NCBI GenBank assembly: GCA_032718475.1
Contig: JAUCBJ010000537.1
Span: forward strand, 1-50,701
Origin: Nemertoderma westbladi
Taxonomy: Eukaryota > Animalia > Xenacoelomorpha
Direction: 5' to 3'
DNA length: 50,701 nucleotides
Shown: in pieces, positions 12,301 to 26,442 of the stretch
Layout: each line of letters starts with the position of its first letter
Position numbering within the stretch: the first letter of the stretch is position 1
Notes under the pieces: generated by a model
Database searches by the model: none
Seen by the model: the letters and a program-made list of their open reading frames with translations, nothing else
What the model was told of the DNA's origin: nothing
Program-made: the position numbers and the translations under genes

Positions 12301-15300
12301 CCTCTGACATCCCCCGTCCACCAACTCCATCTACTTCTGACATACCCTGTCCACCCATTCCATCTACCTCTGACATCACCTGTCCCCTACTCCGTCTACC
12401 TCTGACATCCCATGTCCACCAACTCCATCTAGCTCTGACATACCCTGTCTCTCCACTCAATCTACCTCCGACATCCCCTGTCCACCCACTCATTCTATCT
12501 GCTCCGACATCACCTGCCCACCCACTCCATTTACCCCCGATACATCCTGTTCATCTACTCCATCTACCTCTGACATCACCGCTCCAACCACTCAATCTAC
12601 CTCTGACATTCCCCGTCCACCAACTCCATCTACTTCTGACGTACCCTGTCCGCCCATTCCATCTACCTCTGACATTCCCAGTACACCAACTCCATCTACC
12701 TCTCAAATCCCCCGTCCACCAACTCCATCTACTTCTGACATACCCTATCCACCCATTCCATCTACCTCCAACATCCCCTTTCCACACACTCCATCTACCT
12801 CCAACATCCCATGTCTACCCACTCAATCTACCTCTGACATTCCCCCGTCCTCCAACTCCATCTACCTCTGACATACCCTGTCCACCCATTCCATCTACCT
12901 CTGACATCCCGTGTCCCCCAACTCCGTCTACCTCTGACATCCCATGTCCACCAACTCCATCTACTTATGACATACCCTGTCCACAAACTCCATCTACCTC
13001 TGACAACACCGCTCCAACCACTCAATCTACCTCTATCATCCCCCGTCCACCAACTCAATCTACCTCTGACATCCCCCGTCCACCAACTCCATCCACTTAT
13101 GACATACCCTGTCCACCAACTGCATCTACCTCTGACATCACCGCTACAACCACTCAATCTACCTCTGACATCCCCCGTCCACCAACTCCATCTACTTCTG
13201 ACGTACCCTGTCCATCCATTCCATCTACCTCTGACATTCCCAGTACACCAACTCCATCTACCTCTGACATCCCCCGTCCACCAACTCCATCTACTTCTGA
13301 CATACCCTGTCCACCCATTCCATCTACCTCAAACATCCCCTTTCCACACACTCCATCTACCTCCAACATCCCATGTCCACCCACTCAATCTACCTCTGAC
13401 ATTCCCCCATCCACCAACTCCATCTACCTCTGACATACCCTGTCCACCCACTCAATCTACCTCTGACATTCCCCCGTCCTCCAACTCCATCTACCTCTGA
13501 CATCACCGGTCCAACCACTCAATCTACCTCTGACATCCCCCGTCCACCAACTCCATCTACTTCTGACATAACCTGTCCACCCATTCCATCTACCTCTGAC
13601 ATCCCCTGTCCCCCAACTCCGTCTACCTCTGACATCCCATGTCCACCAACTCCATCTACTTCTGACATCACCGCTCCAACCACTCAATCTACCTCTGACA
13701 TACAATGTCCACCAACTCCATCTACCTCTGACATACCCTGTCCACACATTCCATCTACCTATGACATCCCCTGTCCCCCAACTCCGTCTACCTCTGACAT
13801 ACCATGTCCACCAACTCCATCTACCTCTGACATACCCTGTCCCCCAACTCCATCTACCTCTGACATCCCCCGTCCACCAACTCCATCTACTTCTGACATA
13901 CCCTGTCCACCCATTCCATCTACCTCTGACATCACCGGTCCAACCACTCAATCTACCTCCACTTCATCTACCTCTGACATCACCGCTCCAACCACTCAAT
14001 CCACCTCTGACATCCCCTGTCCACCAACTCCATCTACTTCTGACGTACCCTGTCCACCCATTCCATCTACCTCTGACATACCCTGTCCCCCAACTCCATC
14101 TACCTCCGACATCACCGCTCCAACCACTCAATCTACCTCTGACATCCCCTGTCCACCAACTCCATCTACTTGTGACGTACCCTGTCCACCCATTCCATCT
14201 ACCTCTGACATTCCCAGTCCACCAACTCCACCTACATCTGACATCCCCCGTCCACCAACTCCATCTACTTCTGACATACCCTGTCCACCCATTCCATCAA
14301 CCTCTGACATCACATGTCCGCAAACTCCATCTACCTCTGACATCACCGCTCCAACCACTCAATCTACCTCTGACATCCCCCGTCCACCAACTCCATCTAC
14401 TTCTGACATACCCTGTCCACACATTCCATCTACCTCTGACATCACCGCTCCAACCACTCAATCTACCTCTGACATCCCCTGTCCACCAACTCCATCTACT
14501 TCTGATATACCCTGTCCACACATTCCATCTACCTCTGACATTCCCAGTCCACCAACTCCACCTACATCTGACATCCCCCGTCCACCAACTCCATCTACTT
14601 CTGACATACCCTGTCCACCCATTCCATCAACCTCTGACATCCCCCGTCCACCAACTCCATCTACTTCTGACGTACCCTGTCCACCCATTCCATCTACCTC
14701 TGACATCCCCTGTCCACCAACTCCATCTACTTCTGACGTACCCTGTCCACCCATTCCATCTACCTCTGACATCTCCGCTCCAACCACTCAATCTACCTCT
14801 GACATCCCCTGTCCACCAACTCCATCTACTTCTGACGTACCCTGTCCACCCATTCCATCTACCTTTGACATACCCTGTCCCCCAACTCCATCTACCTCTG
14901 ACATCACCGCTCCAACCACTCAATCTACCTCTGACATCCCCTGTCCACCAGCTCCATCTACTTCTGACGTACCCTGTCCACCCATTCCATCTACCTCTGA
15001 CATTCCCAGTCCACCAACTCCATCTATCTCTGACATCCCCCGTCCACAAACTCCATCTACTTCTGACATACCCTGTCCACCAACTCCATCTACCTCTGAC
15101 ATCACCGCTCCAACCACTCAATCTACCTCTGACATCCCCGGTCCACCAACTCCATCTACTTCTGACGTACGCTGTCCACCCATTCCATCTACCTCTGACA
15201 TTCCCAGTACACCAACTCCATCTACCTCTGACATCCCCCGTCCATCAACTCCATCTACTTATGACATACCCTGTCCACCCATTCCATCTACCTCCAACAT

Positions 15301-18056
15301 CCCCTTTCCACACACTCCATCTACCTCCAACATCCCATGTCATGTCCACCCACTCAATCTACCTCTGACATCCCCCGTCCACCAACTCCATCTACCTCTG
15401 ACATACCATGTCCACCAACTCCATCTATCTCTGACATCCCCCGTCCACCAACTCCATCTACCTCTGACATTCCCAGTCCCCCAACTCCATCTACCTCTGA
15501 CATCCCCTGTCCACCAACTACATCTACCTCTGACATCACCGCTCCAACCACTCAATCTACCTCTGACATTCCCCGTCCACCAACTCCATCTACTTCTGAC
15601 GTACCCTGTCCACCAACTCCATCTACTTCTGACATCCCCCGTCCACCAACTCCATCTACTTCTGACATACCCTGTCCACCCATTCCGTCTACCTCCAACA
15701 TCACCTTTCCACACACTCCATCTACCTCCAACATCCCATGTCCACCAACTCTATCTACCTCTGACATCCCCCGTCCACCAACTCCATCTACCTCTGACAT
15801 CCCCCGTCCACCAACTCCATCTACTTCTGACATACCCTGTCCACCCATTCCGTCTACCTCCAACATCCCCTTTCCACACACTCCATCTACCTCCAACATC
15901 CCATGTCCACCAACTCCATCTACCTCTGACATCCCCCGTCCACCAACTCCGTCTACTTCTGACATACCCTGTCCACCCATTCCATCTACCTCTGACATCC
16001 CATGTCCACCAACTCCATCTACCTCTGACATCACCGCTCCAACCACTCAATCTCCCTCTGACATCCCCCGTCCACCAACTCCATCTACTTCAGACATACC
16101 CTGTCCACCCATTGCATCTACCTCTGACATTCCCAGTCCAACAACTCCATCTATCTCTGAAATCCCCCGTCCACTAACTCCATCTACTTCTGACATACCC
16201 TGTCCACCAACTCCATCTACCTCTGACATCACCGCTCCAACCACTCAATCTACCTCTGACATCCCCCGTCCACCAACTCCATCTACTTCTGACGTACGCT
16301 GTCCACCCATTCCATCTACCTCTGACATTCCCAGTACACCAACTCCATCTACCTCTGACATCCCCCGTCCACCAACTCCATCTACTTCTGACATACCCTG
16401 TCCACCCACTCAATCTACCTCTGACATTCCCAGTCCACCAACTCCATCTACCTCTGACATCCCCCGTCCACCAACTCCATCTACTTCTGACATACCCTGT
16501 CCACCCACTCAATCTACCTCTGACATCCCCCGTCCACCAACTCCATCTACTTCTGACGTACGCTGTCCACCCATTCTATCTACCTCTGACATTCCCAGTA
16601 CACTAACTCCATCTACTTCTGACATACCCTGTCCACCCATTCCATCTACCTCTGGCATCCCCTTTCCACACACTCCATCTACCTCCAACATCCCATGTCC
16701 ACCAACTCTATCTACCTTTGACATCCCCCGTCCACCAACTCCATCTACCTCTGACATCCCCCGTCCACCAACTCCATCTACTTCTGACATACCCTGTCCA
16801 CCCATTCCGTCTACCTCCAACATCCCCTTTCCACACACTCCATCTACCTCCAACATCCCATGTCCACCAACTCCATCTACCTCTGACATCCCCCGTCCAC
16901 CAACTCCGTCTACTTCTGACATACCCTGTCCACCCATTCCATCTACCTCTGACATCCCATGTCCACCAACTCCATCTACCTCTGACATCACCGCTCCAAC
17001 CACTCAATCTCCCTCTGACATCCCCCGTCCACCAACTCCATCTACTTCAGACATACCCTGTCCACCCATTGCATCTACCTCTGACATTCCCAGTCCAACA
17101 ACTCCATCTATCTCTGAAATCCCCCGTCCACTAACTCCATCTACTTCTGACATACCCTGTCCACCAACTCCATCTACCTCTGTCATCACCGCTCCAACCA
17201 CTCAATCTACCTCTGACATCCCCCGTCCACCAACTCCATCTACTTCTGACGTACGCTGTCCACCCATTCCATCTACCTCTGACATTCCCAGTACACCAAC
17301 TCCATCTACCTCTGACATCCCCCGTCCACCAACTCGATCTACCTCTGACATCACCGCTCCAACCACTCAATCTACCTCTGACATCCCCCGTCCACCAACT
17401 CCATCTACTTCTGACATACCCTGTCCACCCATTCCATCTACCTCTGGCATACCCTGTCCCCCAACTCCATCTACCTCTGACATCCCCCGTCCACCCACTT
17501 CATCTACCTCCGACAAACCCTGTCCACCCACTCCATCTACCTCCGATATCCCCCGTCCACCAACTCAATCTACCTCTGACATCCCCCGTCCACCAACTCG
17601 ATCTACTTCTGACATACCCTGTCCACCCATTCCATCATCTACCTCTGACATCCCCTGTCCCCCAACTCCGTCTACCTCTGACATCCCATGTCCACCAACT
17701 CCATCTACCTCTGACATCACCGCTCCAACCACTTAATCTACCTCGGACATACCATGTCCACCAACTCCATCTACCTCTGACATACCCTGTCCCCCAACTC
17801 CATCTACCTCTGACATCCCCCGTCCACCCACTCCATCTACCTCTGACATCCCCCGTCCACCCACTTCATCTACCTCCGACAAACCCTGTCCACCCACTCC
17901 ATCTACCTCCGATATCCCCCGTCCACCAACTCAATCTACCTCTGACATCCCCTGTCCACCAACTCCATCTACTTCTGACGTACCCTGTCTCACAACTCCA
18001 TCTACCTCTGACATCCCCCGTCCACCCACTCCATCTACCTCTGACCTCCCCCGTCC

Positions 18057-18599
18057 TACTACTACTACTACTAGGATAGGCATGCTGCATTGCAGCTGCA
18101 TTTTTAAGAATGCTGTGCGGGCTTATCGACAAAATTGCACCGCCACAACTCCCTATCACCCATGACATTTGCTAGATCATCCGCATCTTCAAGGCCAGTG
18201 TCCTTTAAGATGCGTCTCAAGAAAGTCATGGGCTGTCCACCATGCTTATTCACTCCATGAGGCTGCCAAAGTACAAGATCATGCACTGGCTGGTCCTCAC
18301 GGCGAAAGCAATGTCCTGCAAAGCGGAGGCGATTTTGTTCTAGTGTCAAGCTTGGGGGAACCAATGAGACACCTCCAATGTTATATAGTGTCTGGTTGGA
18401 GATGTGTGCATTGTACTTGACACAATGAACCCGGCGTAGCATTCTTGTGAATGTGCCATCCAGAGATTTGGTGTCCTCAGCAGTTAGAGCCCAGGATGGA
18501 CTCCCATAGAGGAGTACTGGAACTACTGCTGCTCTAAATAATCGGACCTTAAGTGTCCGATTAATTCTCGGTGATTTCCAAATCCTGGAAAGCCTATCA
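18057..18599 (-). mobile_element. 5'-truncated RTE LINE, copy A
   Basis: Reverse complement of the 3' ~540 bp of the element at 26443-28135. (TAG)n tail at 18057-18072. TSD of about 10 bp (TCCCCCGTCC). Confidence 0.95.
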
Positions 18600-21500
18600 A
18601 TCCCCCGTCCACCAACTCTATCTACTTCTGACATACCCTGTCCACCCATTCCATCTACCTCTGACATCCCATGTCCACCAACTCCATCTACCTCTGACAT
18701 CCCCCGTCCACCCACTTCATCTACCTCTGACATCACCGCTCCAACCACTCAATCTACCTCTGAAATCCCCTGTCCACCAACTCCATCTACTTCTGACGTA
18801 CCCTGTCCACCCATTCCATCTACCTCTGACATACCCTGTCCCCCAACTCCATCTACCTCTGACATCACCGCTCCAACCACTCAATCTACCTCTGACATCC
18901 CCTGTCCACCAACTCCATCTACTTCTGACGTACCCTGTCCACCCATTCCATCTACCTCTGACATACCCTGTCCCCCAACTCCATCTACCTCCGACATCAC
19001 CGCTCCAACCACTCAATCTACCTCTGACATCCCCTGTCCACCAACTCCATCTACTTGTGACGTACCCTGTCCACCCATTCCATCTACCTCTGACATTCCC
19101 AGTCCACCAACTCCACCTACATCTGACATCCCCCGTCCACCAACTCCATCTACTTCTGACATACCCTGTCCACCCATTCCATCAACCTCTGACATCCCAT
19201 GTCCGCAAACTCCATCTACCTCTGACATCACCGCTCCAACCACTCAATCTACCTCTGGCATCCCCCGTCCACCAACTCCATCTACTTCTGACATACCCTG
19301 TCCACACATTCCATCTACCTCTGACATCACCGCTCCAACCACTCAATCTACCTCTGAAATCCCCTGTCCACCAACTCCATCTACTTCTGACATACCCTGT
19401 CCACACATTTCATCTACCTCTGACATCCCCCGTCCACCAACTCCATCTACTTCTGACGTACCCTGTCCACCCATTCCATCTACCTCTGACATCCCCTGTC
19501 CACCAACTCCATCTACTTCTGACGTACCCTGTCCACCCATTCCATCTACCTCTGACATCCCCTGTCCACCAACTCCATCTACTTCTGACGTACCCTGTCC
19601 ACCCATTCCATCTACCTCTGACATCACCGCTCCAACCACTCAATCTACCTCTGACATCCCCTGTCCACCAACTCCATCTACTTCTGACATCCCCCGTCCA
19701 CCAACTCCATCTACTTCTGACATACCCTTTCCACCCATTCCATCAACCTCTGACATCCCCCGTCCACCAACTCCATCTACTTCTGACGTACCCTGTCCAC
19801 CCATTCCATCTACCTCTGACATCCCCTGTCCACCAACTCCATCTACTTCTGACGTACCCTGTCCACCCATTCCATCTAACACTGACATCACCGCTCCAAC
19901 CACTCAATCTACCTCTGACATCCCCTGTCCACCAACTCCATCTACTTCTGACGTACCCTGTCCACCCATTCCATCTACCTTTGACATACCCTGTCCCCCA
20001 ACTCCATCTACCTCTGACATCACCGCTCCAACCACTCAATCTACCTCTGACATCCCCTGTCCACCAGCTCCATCTACTTCTGACGTACCCTGTCCACCCA
20101 TTCCATCTACCTCTGACATTCCCAGTCCACCAACTCCATCTATCTCTGACATCCCCCGTCCACAAACTCCATCTACTTATGACATACCCTGTCCACCAAC
20201 TCCATCTACCTCTGACATCACCGCTCCAACCACTCAATCTACCTCTGACATCCCCGGTCCACCAACTCCATCTACTTCTGACGTACGCTGTCCACCCATT
20301 CCATCTACCTCTGACATTCCCAGTACACCAACTCCATCTACCTCTGACATCCCCCGTCCATCAACTCCATCTACTTATGACATACCCTGTCCACCCATTC
20401 CATCTACCTCCAACATCCCCTTTCCACACACTCCATCTACCTCCAACATCCCATGTCATGTCCACCCACTCAATCTACCTCTGACATCCCCCGTCCACCA
20501 ACTCCATCTACCTCTGACATACCATGTCCACCAACTCCATCTATCTCTGACATCCCCCGTCCACCAACTCCATCTACCTCTGACATTCCCAGTCCCCCAA
20601 CTCCATCTACCTCTGACATCCCCTGTCCACCAACTACATCTACCTCTGACATCACCGCTCCAACCACTCAATCTACCTCTGACATTCCCCGTCCACCAAC
20701 TCCATCTACTTCTGACATCCCCCGTCCACCAACTCCATCTACTTCTGACATACCCTGTCCACCCATTCCGTCTACCTCCAACATCCCCTTTCCACACACT
20801 CCATCTACCTCCAACATCCCATGTCCACCAACTCTATCTACCTCTGACATCCCCCGTCCACCAACTCCATCTACCTCTGACATCCCCCGTCCACCAACTC
20901 CATCTACTTCTGACATACCCTGTCCACCCATTCCGTCTACCTCCAACATCCCCTTTCCACACACTCCATCTACCTCCAACATCCCATGTCCACCAACTCT
21001 ATCTACCTCTGACATCCCATGTCCACTCACTCAATCTACCTCTGAAATTCCCCCATTCCGTCTACCTCCAACATCCCCTTTCCACACACTCCATCTACCT
21101 CCAACATCCCATGTCCACCAACTCTATCTACCTCTGACATCCCATGTCCACTCACTCAATCTACCTCTGAAATTCCCCCATCCTCCAACTCCATCTTACT
21201 CTGTCAAACCCTGTCCACCCACTCAATCTACTTCTGACATTCCCCCGTCCACCAACTCCATCTACCTCTGACATCACCGCTCCAACCACTCAATCTACCT
21301 CTGACATCCCATGTCCACCAACTCCATCTACCTCTGACATACCCTGTCCCCCAACTCCATCTACCTCTGGACATCCCCCGTCCACCCACTCCATCTACCT
21401 CTGACATAACCGCTCCAACCACTCAATCTACATCTGACATACCATGTCCACCAACTCCATCTACCTCTGCTCTGACATACCCTGTCCCCCAACTCCATCT

Positions 21501-24500
21501 ACCTCTGGACATCCCCCGTCCACCCACTCCATCTACCTCTGACATCCCCCGTCCAGCCACTTTATCTACCTCCGACAAACCCTGTCCACCCACTCCATCT
21601 ACCTCCGATATCCCCCGTCCACCAACTCAATCTACCTCTGACATCCCCCGTCCACCAACTCCATCTACTTCTGACATACCCTGTCCACCAACTCCATTTA
21701 CTTCTGACATACCCTGTCCACCCATTCCATCTACCTCTGACATCCCATGTCCACCAACTCCATCTACCTCTGACATCACCGCTCCAACCACTCAATCTCC
21801 CTATGACATCCCCCGTCCACCAACTCCATCTACTTCAGACATACCCTGTCCACCCATTGCATCTACCTCTGACATTCCCAGTACACCAACTCCATCTATC
21901 TCTGACATCCCCCGTCCACCAACTCCATCTACTTCTGACATACCCTGTCCACCAACTCCATTTACTTCTGACATACCCTGTCCACCAACTCCATTTACTT
22001 CTGACATACCCTGTCCACCCATTGCATCTACCTCTGACATTCCCAGTACACCAACTCCATCTACCTCTGACATCACCGCTCCAACCACTCAATCTCCCTA
22101 TGACATCCCCCGTCCACCAACTCCATCTACTTCAGACATACCCTGTCCACCCATTCCATCTACCTCTGACATCCCATGTCCACCAACTCCATCTACCTCT
22201 GACATCACCGCTCCAACCACTCAATCTCCCTATGACATCCCCCGTCCACCAACTCCATCTACTTCAGACATACCCTGTCCACCCATTGCATCTACCTCTG
22301 ACATTCCCAGTACACCAACTCCATCTATCTCTGACATCCCCCGTCCACCAACTCCATCTACTTCTGACATACCCTGTCCACCAACTCCATTTACTTCTGA
22401 CATACCCTGTCCACCAACTCCATTTACTTCTGACATACCCTGTCCACCCATTGCATCTACCTCTGACATTCCCAGTACACCAACTCCATCTACCTCTGAC
22501 ATCACCGCTCCAACCACTCAATCTCCCTATGACATCCCCCGTCCACCAACTCCATCTACTTCAGACATACCCTGTCCACCCATTGCATCTACCTCTGACA
22601 TTCCCAGTACACCAACTCCATCTATCTCTGACATCCCCCGTCCACCAACTCCATCTACTTCTGACATACCCTGTCCACCAACTCCATTTACTTCTGACAT
22701 CCCATGTCCACCAACTCCATCTACCTCTGACATCACCGCTCCAACCACTCAATCTCCCTATGACATCCCCCGTCCACCAACTCCATCTACTTCAGACATA
22801 CCCTGTCCACCCATTGCATCTACCTCTGACATACCCCGTCCACCAACTCCGTCTACTTCTGACATACCCTGTCCACCCATTCCATCTACCTCTGACATCC
22901 CATGTCCACCAACTCCATCTACCTCTGACATCACCGCTCCAACCACTCAATCTCCCTATGACATCCCCCGTCCACCAACTCCATCTACTTCAGACATACC
23001 CTGTCCACCCATTGCATCTACCTCTGACATTCCCAGTACACCAACTCCATCTATCTCTGAAATCCTCCGTCCACTAACTCCATCTACTTCTGACATACCC
23101 TGTCCACCAACTCCATCTACCTCTGACATCACCGCTCCAACCACTCAATCTACCTCTGACATCCCCCGTCCACCAACTCCATCTAGTTCTGACGTACGCT
23201 GTCCACCCATTCCATCTACCTCTGACATTCCCAGTACACCAACTCCATCTACCTCTGACATCCCCCGTCCACCAACTCCATCTACTTCTGACATACCCTG
23301 TCCACCAACTCCATCTACCTCAGACATCACCGCTCCAACCACTCAATCTCCCTCTGACATCCCCCGTCCACCAACTCCATCTACTTCAGACATACCCTGT
23401 CCACCCATTGCATCTACCTCTGACATTCCCAGTCCACCAACTCCATCTATCTCTGAAATCCTCCGTCCACTAACTCCATCTACTTCTGACATACCCTGTC
23501 CACCAACTCCATCTACCTCTGACATCACCGCTCCAACCACTCAATCTACCTCTGACATCCCCCGTCCACCAACTCCATCTACTTCTGACGTACGCTGTCC
23601 ACCCATTCCATCTACCTCTGACATTCCCAGTACACCAACTCCATCTACCTCTGACATCCCCCGTCCTCCAACTCCATCTACCTCTGACATACCCTGTCCA
23701 CCCACTCAATCTACCTCTGACATTCCCCCGTCCACCAACTCGATCTACCTCTGACATCACCGCTCCAACCACTCAATCTACCTCTGACATCCCCCGTCCA
23801 CCAACTCCATCTACTTCTGACATACCCTGTCCACCCATTCCATCTACCTCTGACATCCCCTGTCCCCCAACTCCGTCTACCTCTGACATCCCATGTCCAC
23901 CAACTCCATCTACCTCTGACATCACCGCTCTAACCACTCAATCTACCTCTGATATACCATGTCCACCAACTCCATCTACCTCTGACATACCCTGTCCCCC
24001 AACTCCATCTACCTCCGATATCCCCCGTCCACCAACTCAATCTACCTCTGACATCCCCCGTCCACCAACTCGATCTACTTCTGACATACCCTGTCAACCC
24101 ATTCCATTTACCTCTGACATCCCCTGTCCCCCAACTCCGTCTACCTCTGACATCCCATGTCCACCAACTCCATCTACCTCTGACATCACCGCTCCAACCA
24201 CTCAATCTACCTCGGACATACCATGTCCACCAACTCCATCTACCTCTGACATACCCTGTCCCCCAACTCCATCTACCTCTGACATCCCCCGTCCACCCAC
24301 TCCATCTACCCCTGACATCCCCCGTCCACCCACTTCATCTACCTCCGACAAACCCTGTCCACCCACTCCATCTACCTCCGATATCCCCCGTCCACCAACT
24401 CAATCTACCTCTGACATCCCCCGTCCACCCACTTCATCTACCTCTGACATCCCCCGTCCACCCACTTCATCTACCTCTGACATCACAATTCCAACCACTC

Positions 24501-24624
24501 AATCTACCTCTGACATCCCCTGTCCACCAACTCCATCTACTTCTGACGTACCCTGTCTCCCAACTCCATCTACCTCTGACATCCCCCGTCCACCCACTCA
24601 ATCTACCTCTGACATCCCCCGTCC

Positions 24625-25167
24625 TACTACTACTACTACTAGGATCGGCATGCTGCATTGCAGCTGCATTTTTAAGAATGCTGTGCCGGCTTATCGACAA
24701 AATTGCACCGCCACAACTCCCTATCACCCATGATATTTGCTAGATCATCCGCATCTTCAAGGCCAGTGTCCTTTAAGATGCGTCTCAAGAAAGTCATGGG
24801 CTGTCCACCATGCTTATTCACTCCATGAGGCTGCCAAAGTACAAGATCATGCACTGGCTGGTCCTCACGGCGAAAGCAATGTCCTGCAAAGCGGAGGCGA
24901 TTTTGTTCTAGTGTCAAGCTTGGGGGAACCAATGAGACACCTCCAATGTTATATAGTGTCTGGTTGGAGATGTGTGCATTGTACTTGACACAATGAACCC
25001 GGCGTAGCATTCTTATGAATGTGCCATCCAGAGATTTGGTGTCCTCAGCAGTTAGAGCCCAGCATGGACTCCCATAGAGGAGTACTGGAACTACTGCTGC
25101 TCTAAATAATCGGACCTTAAGTGTCCGATTAATTCTCGGTGATTTCCAAATCCTGGAAAGCCTATCA
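24625..25167 (-). mobile_element. 5'-truncated RTE LINE, copy B (duplicate of copy A)
   Basis: Same truncation point, tail length and target position as copy A, 6568 bp away, with about 5 substitutions. TSD ATCCCCCGTCC. Confidence 0.95.
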
Positions 25168-26442
25168 ATCCCCCGTCCACCAACTCCATCTACTTCTGAC
25201 ATACCCTGTCCACCCATTCCATCTACCTCTGACATCCCATGTCCACCAACTCCATCTACCTCTGACATCCCCCGTCCACCCACTTCATCTACCTCTGACA
25301 TCACCGCTCCAACCACTCAATCTACCTCTGACATCCCCTGTCCACCAACTCCATCTACTTCTGACGTACCCTGTCCACCCATTCCATCTACCTCTGACAT
25401 ACCCTGTCCCCCAACTCCATCTACCTCTGACATCACCGCTCCAACCACTCAATCTACCTCTGACATCCCATGTCCACCAATTCCATCTACTTCTGACGTA
25501 CCCTGTCCACCCATTCCATCTACCTCTGACATTCCCAGTCCACCAACTCCACCTACATCTGACATCCCCCGTCCACCAACTCCATCTACTTCTGACATAC
25601 CCTGTCCACCCATTCCATCAACCTCTGACATCCCATGTCCGCAAACTCCATCTACCTCTGACATCACCGCTCCAACCACTCAATCTACCTCTGACATCCC
25701 CCGTCCACCAACTCCATCTACTTCTGACATACCCTGTCCAAACATTCCATCTACCTCTGACATCACCGCTCCAACCACTCAATCTACCTCTGACATCCCC
25801 TGTCCACCAACTCCATCTACTTCTGACGTACCCTGTCCACCCATTCCATCTACCTCTGACATTCCCTGTCCACCAACTCCATCTACTTCTGACGTACCCT
25901 GTCTACCCATTCCATCTACCTCTGACATCACCGCTCTAACCACTCAATCTACCTCTGACATCCCCTGTCCACCAATTCCATCTACTTCTGACGTACCCTG
26001 TCCACCCATTCCATCTACCTCTGACATTCCCAGTCCACCAACTCCATCTATCTCTGACATCCCCCGTCCACCAACTCCATCTACTTATGACATACCCTGT
26101 CCACCAACTCCATCTACCTCTGACATCACCGCTCCAACCACTCAATCTACCTCTGACATCCCCGGTCCACCAACTCCATCTACTTCTGACGTACGCTGTC
26201 CACCCATTCCATCTACATCTGACATTCCCAGTACACCAACTCCATCTACCTCTGACATCCCCCGTCCATCAACTCCATCTACTTCTGACATACCCTGTCC
26301 ACCCATTCCATCTACCTCCAACATCCCCTTTCCACACACTCCATCTACCTCCAACATCCCATGTCATGTCCACCCACTCAATCTACCTCTGACATTCCCC
26401 CGTCCACCAACTCCATCTATCTCTGACATCACCGCTCCAACC

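Noticed and set aside
18104-18748. Apparent repeat-RT fusion protein (also 24672-25316)
   Set aside because: Chance in-frame junction of a truncated LINE with the satellite. It lacks the catalytic RT motifs and a proper start.
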